DNA from: Balanoglossus misakiensis
Taxonomy: Eukaryota; Animalia; Hemichordata
DNA length: 64,000 bases
Direction: 5' to 3'
Assembly: GCA_040954595.2 (NCBI GenBank)
Contig: CM082590.2
Location: forward strand, 1,116,001 to 1,180,000
The first letter of the stretch is position 1. Every line of letters begins with the position of its first letter. Below are positions 11,701 through 23,700 of this stretch, one piece after another. Under the pieces are notes generated by a model. That model was not told the origin of the DNA, made no database searches, and saw nothing but the letters and a program-made list of their open reading frames with translations. A program made the position numbers and the translations under genes.

Positions 11701-14700
11701 TCGCGTCTAGCAAGCGTAGTCAGTCAGGGCGGGGCCCGGGCTTCCCCACTCGCGTCTAGTAAGCGTAGTCAGTCAGGGCGGGGCCCGGGCGTCCCCACTC
11801 GCGTCTAGCAAGCGTAGTCAGTCAGGGCGGGGCCCGGGCGTCCCCACTCGCGTCTAGCAAGCGTAGTCAGTCAGGGCGGGGCCCACTCGCGTCTAGCAAG
11901 CGTAGTCAGTCAGGGCGGGGCCCGGGCGTCCCCACTCGCGTCTAGCAAGCGTAGTCAGTCAGGGCGGGGCCCGGGCGTCCCCACTCGCGTCTAGCAAGCG
12001 TAGTCAGTCAGGGCGGGGCCCGGGCGTCCCCACTCGCGTCTAGCAAGCGTAGTCAGTCAGGACGGGGCCCACTCGCGTCTAGCAAGCGTAGTCAGTCAGG
12101 GCGGGGCCCGGGCGTCCCCACTCGCGTCTAGCAAGCGTAGTCAGTCAGGGTGGGGCCCGGGCGTCCCCACTCGCGTCTAGCAAGCGTAGTCAGTCAGGGC
12201 GGGGCCCGGGCGTCCCCACTCGCGACTAGCAAGCGTAGTCAGTCAGGACGGGGCCCGGGCGTCCCCACTCGCGTCTAGCAAGCGTAGTCAGTCAGGGCGG
12301 GGCCCACTCGCGTCTAGCAAGCGTAGTCAGTCAGGGCGGGGCCCGGGCGTCCCCACTCGCGTCTAGCAAGCGTAGTCAGTCAGGGCGGGGCCCGGGCGTC
12401 CCCACTTGCGTCTAGCAAGCGTAGTCAGTCAGGGCGGGGCCCACTCGGGTCTAGCAAGCGTAGTCAGTCAGGGCGGGGCCCGGGCGTCCCCACTCGCGTC
12501 TAGCAAGCGTAGTCAGTCAGGGCGGGGCCCACTCGCGTCTAGCAAGCGTAGTCTGTCAGGGCGGGGCCCGGGCGTCCCCACTCGCGTCTAGCAAGCGTAG
12601 TCAGTCAGGGCGGGGCCCGGGCGTCCCCACTCGCGTCTAGCAAGCGTAGTCAGTCAGGGCGGGGCCCACTCGCGTCTAGCAAGCGTAGTCAGTCAGGGCG
12701 GGGCCCGGGCGTCCCCACTGACGTCTAGCAAGCGTAGTCAGTCAGGGCGGGGCCCGGGCGGGGCCCACTCGCGTCTAGCAAGCGTAGTCAGTCAGGGCGG
12801 GGCCCAGGCGTCCCCACTCGCGTCTAGCAAGCGTAGTCAGTCAGGGCAGGGCCCGGGCGTCCCCACTCGCGTCTAGCAAGCGTAGTCAGTCAGGGTGGGG
12901 CCCACTCGCGTCTAGCAAGCGTAGTCAGTCAGGGCGGGGCCCGGGCGTCCCCACTCGCGACTAGCAAGCGTAGTCAGTCAGGACGGGGCCTGGGCGTCCC
13001 CACTCGCGTCTAGCAAGCGTAGTCAGTCAGGGCGGGGCCCACTCGCGTCTAGCAAGCGTAGTCAGTCAGGGCGGGGCCCGGGCGTCCCCACTCGCGTCTA
13101 GCAAGCGTAGTCAGTCAGGGCGGGGCCCGGGCGTCCCCACTTGCGTCTAGCAAGCGTAGTCAGTCAGGGCGGGGCCCACTCGGGTCTAGCAAGCGTAGTC
13201 AGTCAGGGCGGGGCCCGGGCGTCCCCACTTGCGTCTAGCAAGCGTAGTCAGTCAGGGCGGGGCCCACTCGCGTCTAGCAAGCGTAGTCTGTCAGGGCGGG
13301 GCCCGGGCGTCCCCACTCGCGTCTAGCAAGCGTAGTCAGTCAGGGCGGGGCCCGGGCGTCCCCACTCGCGTCTAGCAAGCGTAGTCAGTCAGGGCGGGGC
13401 CCACTCGCGTCTAGCAAGCGTAGTCAGTCAGGGCGGGGCCCGGGCGTCCCCACTGACGTCTAGCAAGCGTAGTCAGTCAGGGCGGGGCCCGGGCGGGGCC
13501 CACTCGCGTCTAGCAAGCGTAGTCAGTCAGGGCGGGGCCCAGGCGTCCCCACTCGCGTCTAGCAAGCGTAGTCAGTCAGGGCAGGGCCCGGGCGTCCCCA
13601 CTCGCGTCTAGCAAGCGTAGTCAGTCAGGGCGGGGCCCACTCGCGTCTAGCAAGCGTAGTCAGTCAGGGCGGGGCCCGGGCGTCCCCACTCGCGTCTAGC
13701 AAGCGTAGTCAGTCAGGGCGGGGCCCGGGCGTCCCCACTCGCGTCTAGCAAGCGTAGTCAGTCAGGGCGGGGCCTGGGCGTCCCCACTCGCGACTAGCAA
13801 GCGTAGTCAGTCAGGACGGGGCCCGGGCGTCCCCACTCGCGTCTAGCAAGCGTAGTCAGTCAGGGCGGGGCCCACTCGCGTCTAGCAAGCGTAGTCAGTC
13901 AGGGCGGGGCCCGGGCTTCCCCACTCGCGTCTAGTAAGCGTAGTCAGTCAGGGCGGGGCCCGGGCGTCCCCACTCGCGTCTAGCAAGCGTAGTCAGTCAG
14001 GGCGGGGCCCGGGCGTCCCCACCCGTGTCTAGCAAGCGTAGTCAGTCAGGGCGGGGCCCGGGCGTCCCCACTCGCGTCTAGCAAGCGTAGTCAGTCAGGG
14101 CGGGGCCCACTCGCGTCTAGCAAGCGTAGTCAGTCAGGGCGGGGCCCGGGTGTCCCCACTCGCGTCTAGCAAGCGTAGTCAGTCAGGGCGGGGCCCACTC
14201 GCGTCTAGCAAGCGTAGTCAGTCAGGGCGGGGCCCACTCGCGTCTAGCAAGCGTAGTCAGTCAGGGCGGGGCCCGGGCGTCCCCACTCGCGTCTAGCAAG
14301 CGTAGTCAGTCAGGGCGGGGCCCACTCGCGTCTAGCAAGCGTAGTCAGTCAGGGCGGGGCCCGGGCGTCCCCACTCGCGTCTAGGAAGCGTAGTCAGTCA
14401 GGGCGGGGCCCACTCGCGTCTAGCAAGCGTAGTCAGTCAGGGCGGGGCCCGGGCGTCCCCACTCGCGTCTAGCAAGCGTAGTCAGTCAGGGCGGGGCCCG
14501 GGCGTCCCCACTCGCGTCTAGGAAGCGTAGTCAGTCAGGGCGGGGCCCACTCGCGTCTAGCAAGCGTAGTCAGTCAGGGCGGGGCCCGGGCGTCCCCACT
14601 CGCGTCTAGCAAGCGTAGTCAGTCAGGGCGGGGCCCGGGCGTCCCCACTCGCGTCTAGCAAGCGTAGTCAGTCAGGGCGGGGCCCGGGCGTCCCCACTCG

Positions 14701-17700
14701 CGTCTAGCAAGCGTAGTCAGTCAGGACGGGGCCCACTCGCGTCTAGCAAGCGTAGTCAGTCAGGGCGGGGCCCGGGCTTCCCCACTCGCGTCTAGTAAGC
14801 GTAGTCAGTCAGGGCGGGGCCCGGGCGTCCCCACTCGCGTCTAGCAAGCGTAGTCAGTCAGGGCGGGGCCCGGGCGTCCCCACTCGCGTCTAGCAAGCGT
14901 AGTCAGTCAGGGCGGGGCCCGGGCGTCCCCACTCGCGTCTAGCAAGCGTAGTCAGTCAGGGCGGGGCCCGGGCGTCCCCACTCGCGTCTAGCAAGCGTAG
15001 TCAGTCAGGGCGGGGCCCACTCGCGTCTAGCAAGCGTAGTCAGTCAGGGCGGGGCCCGGGCTTCCCCACTCGCGTCTAGTAAGCGTAGTCAGTCAGGGCG
15101 GGGCCCGGGCGTCCCCACTCGCGTCTAGCAAGCGTAGTCAGTCAGGGCGGGGCCCGGACGTCCCCACTCGCGTCTAGCAAGCGTAGTCAGTCAGGGCGGG
15201 GCCCATTCGCGTCTAGCAAGCGTAGTCAGTCAGGGCGGGGCCCGGGCGTCCCCACTCGCGTCTAGCAAGCGTAGTCAGTCAGGGCGGGGCCCGGGCGTCC
15301 CCACTCGCGTCTAGCAAGCGTAGTCAGTCAGGGCGGGGCCCGGGCGTCCCCACTCGCGTCTAGCAAGCGTAGTCAGTCAGGACGGGGCCCACTCGCGTCT
15401 AGCAAGCGTAGTCAGTCAGGGCGGGGCCCGGGCTTCCCCACTCGCGTCTAGTAAGCGTAGTCAGTCAGGGCGGGGCCCGGGCGTCCCCACTCGCGTCTAG
15501 CAAGCGTAGTCAGTCAGGGCGGGGCCCGGGCGTCCCCACTCGCGTCTAGCAAGCGTAGTCAGTCAGGGCGGGGCCCGGGCGTCCCCACTCGCGTCTAGCA
15601 AGCGTAGTCAGTCAGGGCGGGGCCCACTCGCGTCTAGTAAGCGTAGTCAGTCAGGGCGGGGCCCGGGCGTCCCCACTTGCGTCTAGCAAGCGTAGTCAGT
15701 CAGGGCGGGGCCCACTCGGGTCTAGCAAGCGTAGTCAGTCAGGGCGGGGCCCGGGCGTCCCCACTCGCGTCTAGCAAGCGTAGTCAGTCAGGGCGGGGCC
15801 CGGGCGTCCCCACTCGCGTCTAGCAAGCGTAGTCAGTCAGGGCGGGGCCCGGGCGTCCCCACTCGCGTCTAGCAAGCGTAGTCAGTCAGGGCGGGGCCCG
15901 GGCGTCCCCACTCGCGTCTAGCAAGCGTAGTCAGTCAGGGCGGGGCCTGGGCGTCCCCACTCGCGACTAGCAAGCGTAGTCAGTCAGGACGGGGCCCGGG
16001 CGTCCCCACTCGCGTCTAGCAAGCGTAGTCAGTCAGGGCGGGGCCCACTCGCGTCTAGCAAGCGTAGTCAGTCAGGGCGGGGCCCGGGCTTCCCCACTCG
16101 CGTCTAGTAAGCGTAGTCAGTCAGGGCGGGGCCCGGGCGTCCCCACTCGCGTCTAGCAAGCGTAGTCAGTCAGGGCGGGGCCCGGGCGTCCCCACCCGTG
16201 TCTAGCAAGCGTAGTCAGTCAGGGCGGGGCCCGGGCGTCCCCACTCGCGTCTAGCAAGCGTAGTCAGTCAGGGCGGGGCCCACTCGCGTCTAGCAAGCGT
16301 AGTCAGTCAGGGCGGGGCCCGGGTGTCCCCACTCGCGTCTAGCAAGCGTAGTCAGTCAGGGCGGGGCCCACTCGCGTCTAGCAAGCGTAGTCAGTCAGGG
16401 CGGGGCCCACTCGCGTCTAGCAAGCGTAGTCAGTCAGGGCAGGGCCCGGGCGTCCCCACTCGCGTCTAGCAAGCGTAGTCAGTCAGGGCGGGGCCCACTC
16501 GCGTCTAGCAAGCGTAGTCAGTCAGGGCGGGGCCCGGGCGTCCCCACTCGCGTCTAGGAAGCGTAGTCAGTCAGGGCGGGGCCCACTCGCGTCTAGCAAG
16601 CGTAGTCAGTCAGGGCGGGGCCCACTCGCGTCTAGCAAGCGTAGTCAGTCAGGGCGGGGCCCGGGCGTCCCCACTCGCGTCTAGCAAGCGTAGTCAGTCA
16701 GGGCGGGGCCCGGGCGTCCCCACTCGCGTCTAGGAAGCGTAGTCAGTCAGGGCGGGGCCCACTCGCGTCTAGCAAGCGTAGTCAGTCAGGGCGGGGCCCG
16801 GGCGTCCCCACTCGCATCTAGCAAGCGTAGTCAGTCAGGGCGGGGCCCGGGCGTCCCCACTCGCGTCTAGCAAGCGTAGTCAGTCAGGGCGGGGCCCGGG
16901 CGTCCCCACTCGCGTCTAGCAAGCGTAGTCAGTCAGGACGGGGCCCACTCGCGTCTAGCAAGCGTAGTCAGTCAGGGCGGGGCCCGGGCTTCCCCACTCG
17001 CGTCTAGTAAGCGTAGTCAGTCAGGGCGGGGCCCGGGCGTCCCCACTCGCGTCTAGCAAGCGTAGTCAGTCAGGGCGGGGCCCGGGCGTCCCCACTCGCG
17101 TCTAGCAAGCGTAGTCAGTCAGGGCGGGGCCCGGGCGTCCCCACTCGCGTCTAGCAAGCGTAGTCAGTCAGGGCGGGGCCCGGGCGTCCCCACTCGCGTC
17201 TAGCAAGCGTAGTCAGTCAGGGCGGGGCCCACTCGCGTCTAGCAAGCGTAGTCAGTCAGGGCGGGGCCCGGGCTTCCCCACTCGCGTCTAGTAAGCGTAG
17301 TCAGTCAGGGCGGGGCCCGGGCGTCCCCACTCGCGTCTAGCAAGCGTAGTCAGTCAGGGCGGGGCCCGGACGTCCCCACTCGCGTCTAGCAAGCGTAGTC
17401 AGTCAGGGCGGGGCCCATTCGCGTCTAGCAAGCGTAGTCAGTCAGGGCGGGGCCCGGGCGTCCCCACTCGCGTCTAGCAAGCGTAGTCAGTCAGGGCGGG
17501 GCCCGGGCGTCCCCACTCGCGTCTAGCAAGCGTAGTCAGTCAGGGCGGGGCCCGGGCGTCCCCACTCGCGTCTAGCAAGCGTAGTCAGTCAGGACGGGGC
17601 CCACTCGCGTCTAGCAAGCGTAGTCAGGCAGGGCGGGGCCCGGGCTTCCCCACTCGCGTCTAGTAAGCGTAGTCAGTCAGGGCGGGGCCCGGGCGTCCCC

Positions 17701-20700
17701 ACTCGCGTCTAGCAAGCGTAGTCAGTCAGGGCGGGGCCCGGGCGTCCCCACTCGCGTCTAGCAAGCGTAGTCAGTCAGGGCGGGGCCCGGGCGTCCCCAC
17801 TCGCGTCTAGCAAGCGTAGTCAGTCAGGGCGGGGCCCACTCGCGTCTAGTAAGCGTAGTCAGTCAGGGCGGGGCCCGGGCGTCCCCACTTGCGTCTAGCA
17901 AGCGTAGTCAGTCAGGGCGGGGCCCACTCGGGTCTAGCAAGCGTAGTCAGTCAGGGCGGGGCCCGGGCGTCCCCACTCGCGTCTAGCAAGCGTAGTCAGT
18001 CAGGGCGGGGCCCACTCGCGTCTAGCAAGCGTAGTCAGTCAGGGCGGGGCCCGGGCGTCCCCACTCGCGTCTAGCAAGCGTAGTCAGTCAGGGCGGGGCC
18101 CGGGCGTCCCCACTCGCGTCTAGCAAGCGTAGTCAGTCAGGGCGGGGCCCACTCGCGTCTAGCAAGCGTAGTCAGTCAGGGCGGGGCCCGGGCGTCCCCA
18201 CTCGCGTCTAGCAAGCGTAGTCAGTCAGGGCGGGGCCCACTCGCGTCTAGCAAGCGTAGTCAGTCAGGGCGGGGCCCACTCGCGTCTAGCAAGCGTAGTC
18301 AGTCAGGACGGGGCCCACTCGCGTCTAGCAAGCGTAGTCAGTCAGGGCGGGGCCCACTCGCGTCTAGCAAGCGTAGTCAGTCAGGGCGGGGCCCGGGCGT
18401 CCCCACTCGCGTCTAGCAAGCGTAGTCAGTCAGGGCGGGGCCCGGGCGTCCCCACTCGCGTCTAGCAAGCGTAGTCAGTCAGGGCGGGGCCTGGGCGTCC
18501 CCACTCGCGACTAGCAAGCGTAGTCAGTCAGGACGGGGCCCGGGCGTCCCCACTCGCGTCTAGCAAGCGTAGTCAGTCAGGGCGGGGCCCACTCGCGTCT
18601 AGCAAGCGTAGTCAGTCAGGACGGGGCCCGGGCGTCCCCACTCGCGTCTAGCAAGCGTAGTCAGTCAGGGCGGGGCCCACTCGCGTCTAGCAAGCGTAGT
18701 CAGTCAGGGCGGGGCCCGGGCGTCCCCACTCGCGTCTAGGAAGCGTAGTCAGTCAGGGCGGGGCCCACTCGCGTCTAGCAAGCGTAGTCAGTCAGGGCGG
18801 GGCCCGGGCGTCCCCACCCGTGTCTAGCAAGCGTAGTCAGTGAGGGCGGGGCCCACTCGCGTCTAGCAAGCGTAGTCAGTCAGGGCGGGGCCCGGGCGTC
18901 CCCACTCGCGTCTAGCAAGCGTAGTCAGTCAGGGCGGGGCCCGGGTGTCCCCACTCGCGTCTAGCAAGCGTAGTCAGTCAGGGCGGGGCCCGGGCGTCCC
19001 CACTCGCGTCTAGCAAGCGTAGTCAGTCAGGGCGGGGCCCGGGCGTCCCCACTCGCGTCTAGCAAGCGTAGTCAGTCAGGGCGGGGCCCGGGCGTCCCCA
19101 CTCGCGTCTAGCAAGCGTAGTCAGTCAGGGCGGGGCCCGGGCGTCCCCACCCGTGTCTAGCAAGCGTAGTCAGTCAGGGCGGGGCCCACTCGCGTCTAGC
19201 AAGCGTAGTCAGTCAGGGCGGGGCCCGGGCGTCCCCACTCGCGTCTAGCAAGCGTAGTCAGTCAGGGCGGGGCCCACTCGCGTCTAGCAAGCGTAGTCAG
19301 TCAGGGCGGGGCCCGGGTGTCCCCACTCGCGTCTAGCAAGCGTAGTCAGTCAGGGCGGGGCCCACTCGCGTCTAGCAAGCGTAGTCAGTCAGGGCGGGGC
19401 CCACTCGCGTCTAGCAAGCGTAGTCAGTCAGGGCGGGGCCCGGGCGTCCCCACTCGCGTCTAGCAAGCGTAGTCAGTCAGGGCGGGGCCCGGGCGGGGCC
19501 CACTCACGTCTAGCAAGCGTAGTCAGTCAGGGCGGGGCCCGGGCGTCCCCACTCGCGTCTAGGAAGCGTAGTCAGTCAGGGCGGGGCCCACTCGCGTCTA
19601 GCAAGCGTAGTCAGTCAGGGCGGGGCCCGGGTGTCCCCACTCGCGTCTAGCAAGCGTAGTCAGTCAGGGCGGGGCCCGGGCGTCCCCACTCGCGTCTAGC
19701 AAGCGTAGTCAGTCAGGGCGGGGCCCACTCGCGTCTAGCAAGCGTAGTCAGTCAGGGCGGGGCCCGGGCGTCCCCACTCGCGTCTAGCAAGCATAGTCAG
19801 TCAGGGCAGGGCCCGGGCGTCCCCACTCGCGTCTAGTAAGCGTAGTCAGTCAGGGCGGGGCCCGGGCGTCCCCACTCGCGTCTAGCAAGCGTAGTCAGTC
19901 AGGGCGGGGCCCGGGCGTCCCCACTCGCGTCTAGCAAGCGTAGTCAGTCAGGGCGGGCCCACTCGCGTCTAGCAAGCGTAGTCAGTCAGGGCGGGGCCCG
20001 GGCGTCCCCACTCGCGTCTAGCAAGCGTAGTCAGTCAGGGTGGGGCCCGGGCGTCCCCACTCGCGTCTAGCAAGCGTAGTCAGTCAGAGCGGGCCCACTC
20101 GCGTCTAGCAAGCGTAGTCAGTCAGGGCGGGGCCCGGGCGTCCCCACTCGCGTCTAGCAAGCGTAGTCAGTCAGGGTGGGGCCCGGGCGTCCCCACTCGC
20201 GTCTAGCAAGCGTAGTCAGTCAGGGCGGGGCCCGGGCGTCCCCACTCGCGTCTAGCAAGCGTAGTCAGTCAGGGTGGGGCCCGGGCGTCCCCACTCGCGT
20301 CTAGCAAGTGTAGTCAGTCAGGGCGGGGCCCACTCGCGTCTAGCAAGCGTAGTCAGTCAGGACGGGGCCCGGGCTTCCCCACTCGCATCTAGTAAGCGTA
20401 GTCAGTCAGGGCGGGGCCCGGGCGTCCCCACTCGCGTCTAGCAAGCGTAGTCAGTCAGGGCGGGGCCCGGGCGTCCCCACTCGCGTCTAGCAAGCGTAGT
20501 CAGTCAGGGCGGGGCCCGGGCGTCCCCACTCGCGTCTAGCAAGCGTAGTCAGTCAGGGCGGGGCCCGGGCGTCCCCACTCGCGTCTAGCAAGCGTAGTCA
20601 GTCAGGGCGGGGCCCACTCGCGTCTAGCAAGCGTAGTCAGTCAGGGCGGGGCCCGGGCTTCCCCACTCGCGTCTAGTAAGCGTAGTCAGTCAGGGCGGGG

Positions 20701-23700
20701 CCCGGGCGTCCCCACTCGCGTCTAGCAAGCGTAGTCAGTCAGGGCGGGGCCCGGGCGTCCCCACTCGCGTCTAGCAAGCGTAGTCAGTCAGGGCGGGGCC
20801 CACTCGCGTCTAGCAAGCGTAGTCAGTCAGGGCGGGGCCCGGGCGTCCCCACTCGCGTCTAGCAAGCGTAGTCAGTCAGGGCGGGGCCCGGGCGTCCCCA
20901 CTCGCGTCTAGCAAGCGTAGTCAGTCAGGGCGGGGCCCGGGCGTCCCCACTCGCGTCTAGCAAGCGTAGTCAGTCAGGGCGGGGCCCACTCGCGTCTAGC
21001 AAGCGTAGTCAGTCAGGGCGGGGCCCGGGCGTCCCCACTCGCGTCTAGCAAGCGTAGTCAGTCAGGGCGGGGCCCGGGCGTCCCCACTCGCGTCTAGCAA
21101 GCGTAGTCAGTCAGGGCGGGGCCCGGGCGTCCCCACTCGCGTCTAGCAAGCGTAGTCAGTCAGGGTGGGGCCCGGGCGTCCCCACTCGCGTCTAGCAAGT
21201 GTAGTCAGTCAGGGCGGGGCCCACTCGCGTCTAGCAAGCGTAGTCAGTCAGGACGGGGCCCGGGCTTCCCCACTCGCATCTAGTAAGCGTAGTCAGTCAG
21301 GGCGGGGCCCGGGCGTCCCCACTCGCGTCTAGCAAGCGTAGTCAGTCAGGGCGGGGCCCGGGCGTCCCCACTCGCGTCTAGCAAGCGTAGTCAGTCAGGG
21401 CGGGGCCCGGGCGTCCCCACTCGCGTCTAGCAAGCGTAGTCAGTCAGGGCGGGGCCCGGGCGTCCCCACTCGCGTCTAGCAAGCGTAGTCAGTCAGGGCG
21501 GGGCCCACTCGCGTCTAGCAAGCGTAGTCAGTCAGGGCGGGGCCCGGGCTTCCCCACTCGCGTCTAGTAAGCGTAGTCAGTCAGGGCGGGGCCCGGGCGT
21601 CCCCACTCGCGTCTAGCAAGCGTAGTCAGTCAGGGCGGGGCCCGGGCGTCCCCACTCGCGTCTAGCAAGCGTAGTCAGTCAGGGCGGGGCCCACTCGCGT
21701 CTAGCAAGCGTAGTCAGTCAGGGCGGGGCCCGGGCGTCCCCACTCGCGTCTAGCAAGCGTAGTCAGTCAGGGCGGGGCCCGGGCGTCCCCACTCGCGTCT
21801 AGCAAGCGTAGTCAGTCAGGGCGGGGCCCGGGCGTCCCACTCGCGTCTAGCAAGCGTAGTCAGTCAGGGCGGGGCCCGGGCGTCCCCATGCGTCTAGCAA
21901 GCGTAGTCAGTCAGGGCGGGGCCCGGGCGTCCCCACTCACGTCTAGCAAGCGTAGTAAGTCAGGGCGGAGCCCGGGCGTCCCCACTCGCGTCTAGCAAGC
22001 GTAGTCAGTCAGGGCGGGGCCCGGGCGTCCCCACTCGCGTCTAGCAAGCGTAGTCAGTCAGGGCGGGGCCCGGGCGTCCCCACTCGCGTCTAGCAAGCGT
22101 AGTCAGTCAGGGCGGGGCCCGGGCGTCCCCACTCGCGTCTAGCAAGCGTAGTCAGTCAGGGCGGGGCCCGGGCGTCCCCACTCGCGTCTAGCAAGCGTAG
22201 TCAGTCAGGGCGGGGCCCACTCGCGTCTAGCAAGCGTAGTCAGTCAGGGCGGGGCTTGGGCGTCCCCACTCGCGTCTAGCAAGCGTAGTCAGTCAGGGCG
22301 GGACCCGGGCGTCCCCACTCGCGTCTAGCAAGCGTAGTCAGTCAGGGCGGGGCCCACTCGCATCTAGCAAGCGTAGTCAGTCAGGGCGGGGCCCGGGCGT
22401 CCCCACTCGCGTCTAGCAAGCGTAGTCAGTCAGGGCGGGGCCCGGGCGTCCCCACTCGCGTCTAGCAAGCGTAGTCAGTCAGGGCGGGGCCCGGGCGTCC
22501 CCACTCGCGTCTAGCAAGCGTAGTCAGTCAGGGCGGGGCCCACTCGCGTCTAGCAAGCGTAGTCAGTCAGGGCGGGGCCCGGGCGTCCCCACTCGTGTCT
22601 AGCAAGCGTAGTCAGTCAGGGCGGGGCCCGGGCGTCCCCACTCGCGTCTAGCAAGCGTAGTCAGTCAGGGCGGGGCCCACTCGCGTCTAGCAAGCGTAGT
22701 CAGTCAGGGCGGGGCCCGGGCATCCCCACTCGTGTCTAGCAAGCGTAGTCAGTCAGGGCGGGGCCCGGGCGGGGCCCACTCGCGCCTAGCAAGCGTAGTC
22801 AGTCAGGGTGGGGCCCGGGCGTCCCCACTCGCGTCTAGCAAGCGTAGTCAGTCAGGGCGGGGCCCGGGCGTCCCCACTCGCGTCTAGCAAGCGTAGTCAG
22901 TCAGGGCGGGGCCCGGGCGTCCCCACTCGCGTCTAGCAAGCGTAGTAAGTCAGGGCGGGGCCCGGGCGTCCACACTCGCGTCTAGCAAGCGTAGTCAGTC
23001 AGGGCGGGGCCCGGGCGTCCCCATTCGCGTCTAGCAAGCGTAGTCAGTCAGGGCGGGGCCCGGGCGTCCCCACTCGCGTCTAGCAAGCGTAGTCAGTCAG
23101 GGCGGGGCCCGGGCGTCCCCACTCGTGTCTAGCAAGCGTAGTCAGTCAGGGCGGGGCCCGGGCGTCCCCACTCGCGTCTAGCAAGCGTAGTCAGTCTGGG
23201 CGGGGCCCGGGCGTCCCCACTCGCGTCTAGCAAGCGTAGTCAGTCAGGGCGGGGCCCGGGCGTCCCCACTCGCGTCTAGCAAGCGTAGTCAGTCAGGGCG
23301 GGGCCCACTCGCGTCTAGCAAGCGTAGTCAGTCAGGGCGGGGCCCGGGCGTCCCCACTAGCGTTTGGCAAGCGTAGTCAGTCAGGGCGAGGCCCACTCGC
23401 GTCTAGCAAGCGTAGTCAGTCAGGGCGGGGCCCGGGCGTCCCCACTCGCGTCTAGCAAGCGTAGTCAGTCAGGGCGGGGCCCACTCGCGTCTAGCAAGCG
23501 TAGTCAGTCAGGGCGGGGCCCGGGCGTCCCCACTCGCGTCTAGCAAGCGTAGTCAGTCAGGGCGGGGCCCGGGCGTCCCCACTCGCGTCTAGCAACGTAG
23601 TCAGTCAGGGCGGGGCCCACTCGCGTCTAGCAAGCGTAGTCAGTCAGGGCGGGGCCCGGGCGTCCCCACTCGCGTCTAGCAAGCGTAGTCAGTCAGGGCG

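Noticed and set aside
12406-18074. Three 61-aa ORFs (MRLASVVSQGG...) in the satellite
   Set aside because: They arise from TTG variants and frame shifts in duplicated repeat blocks; TAG stops recur in every unit.
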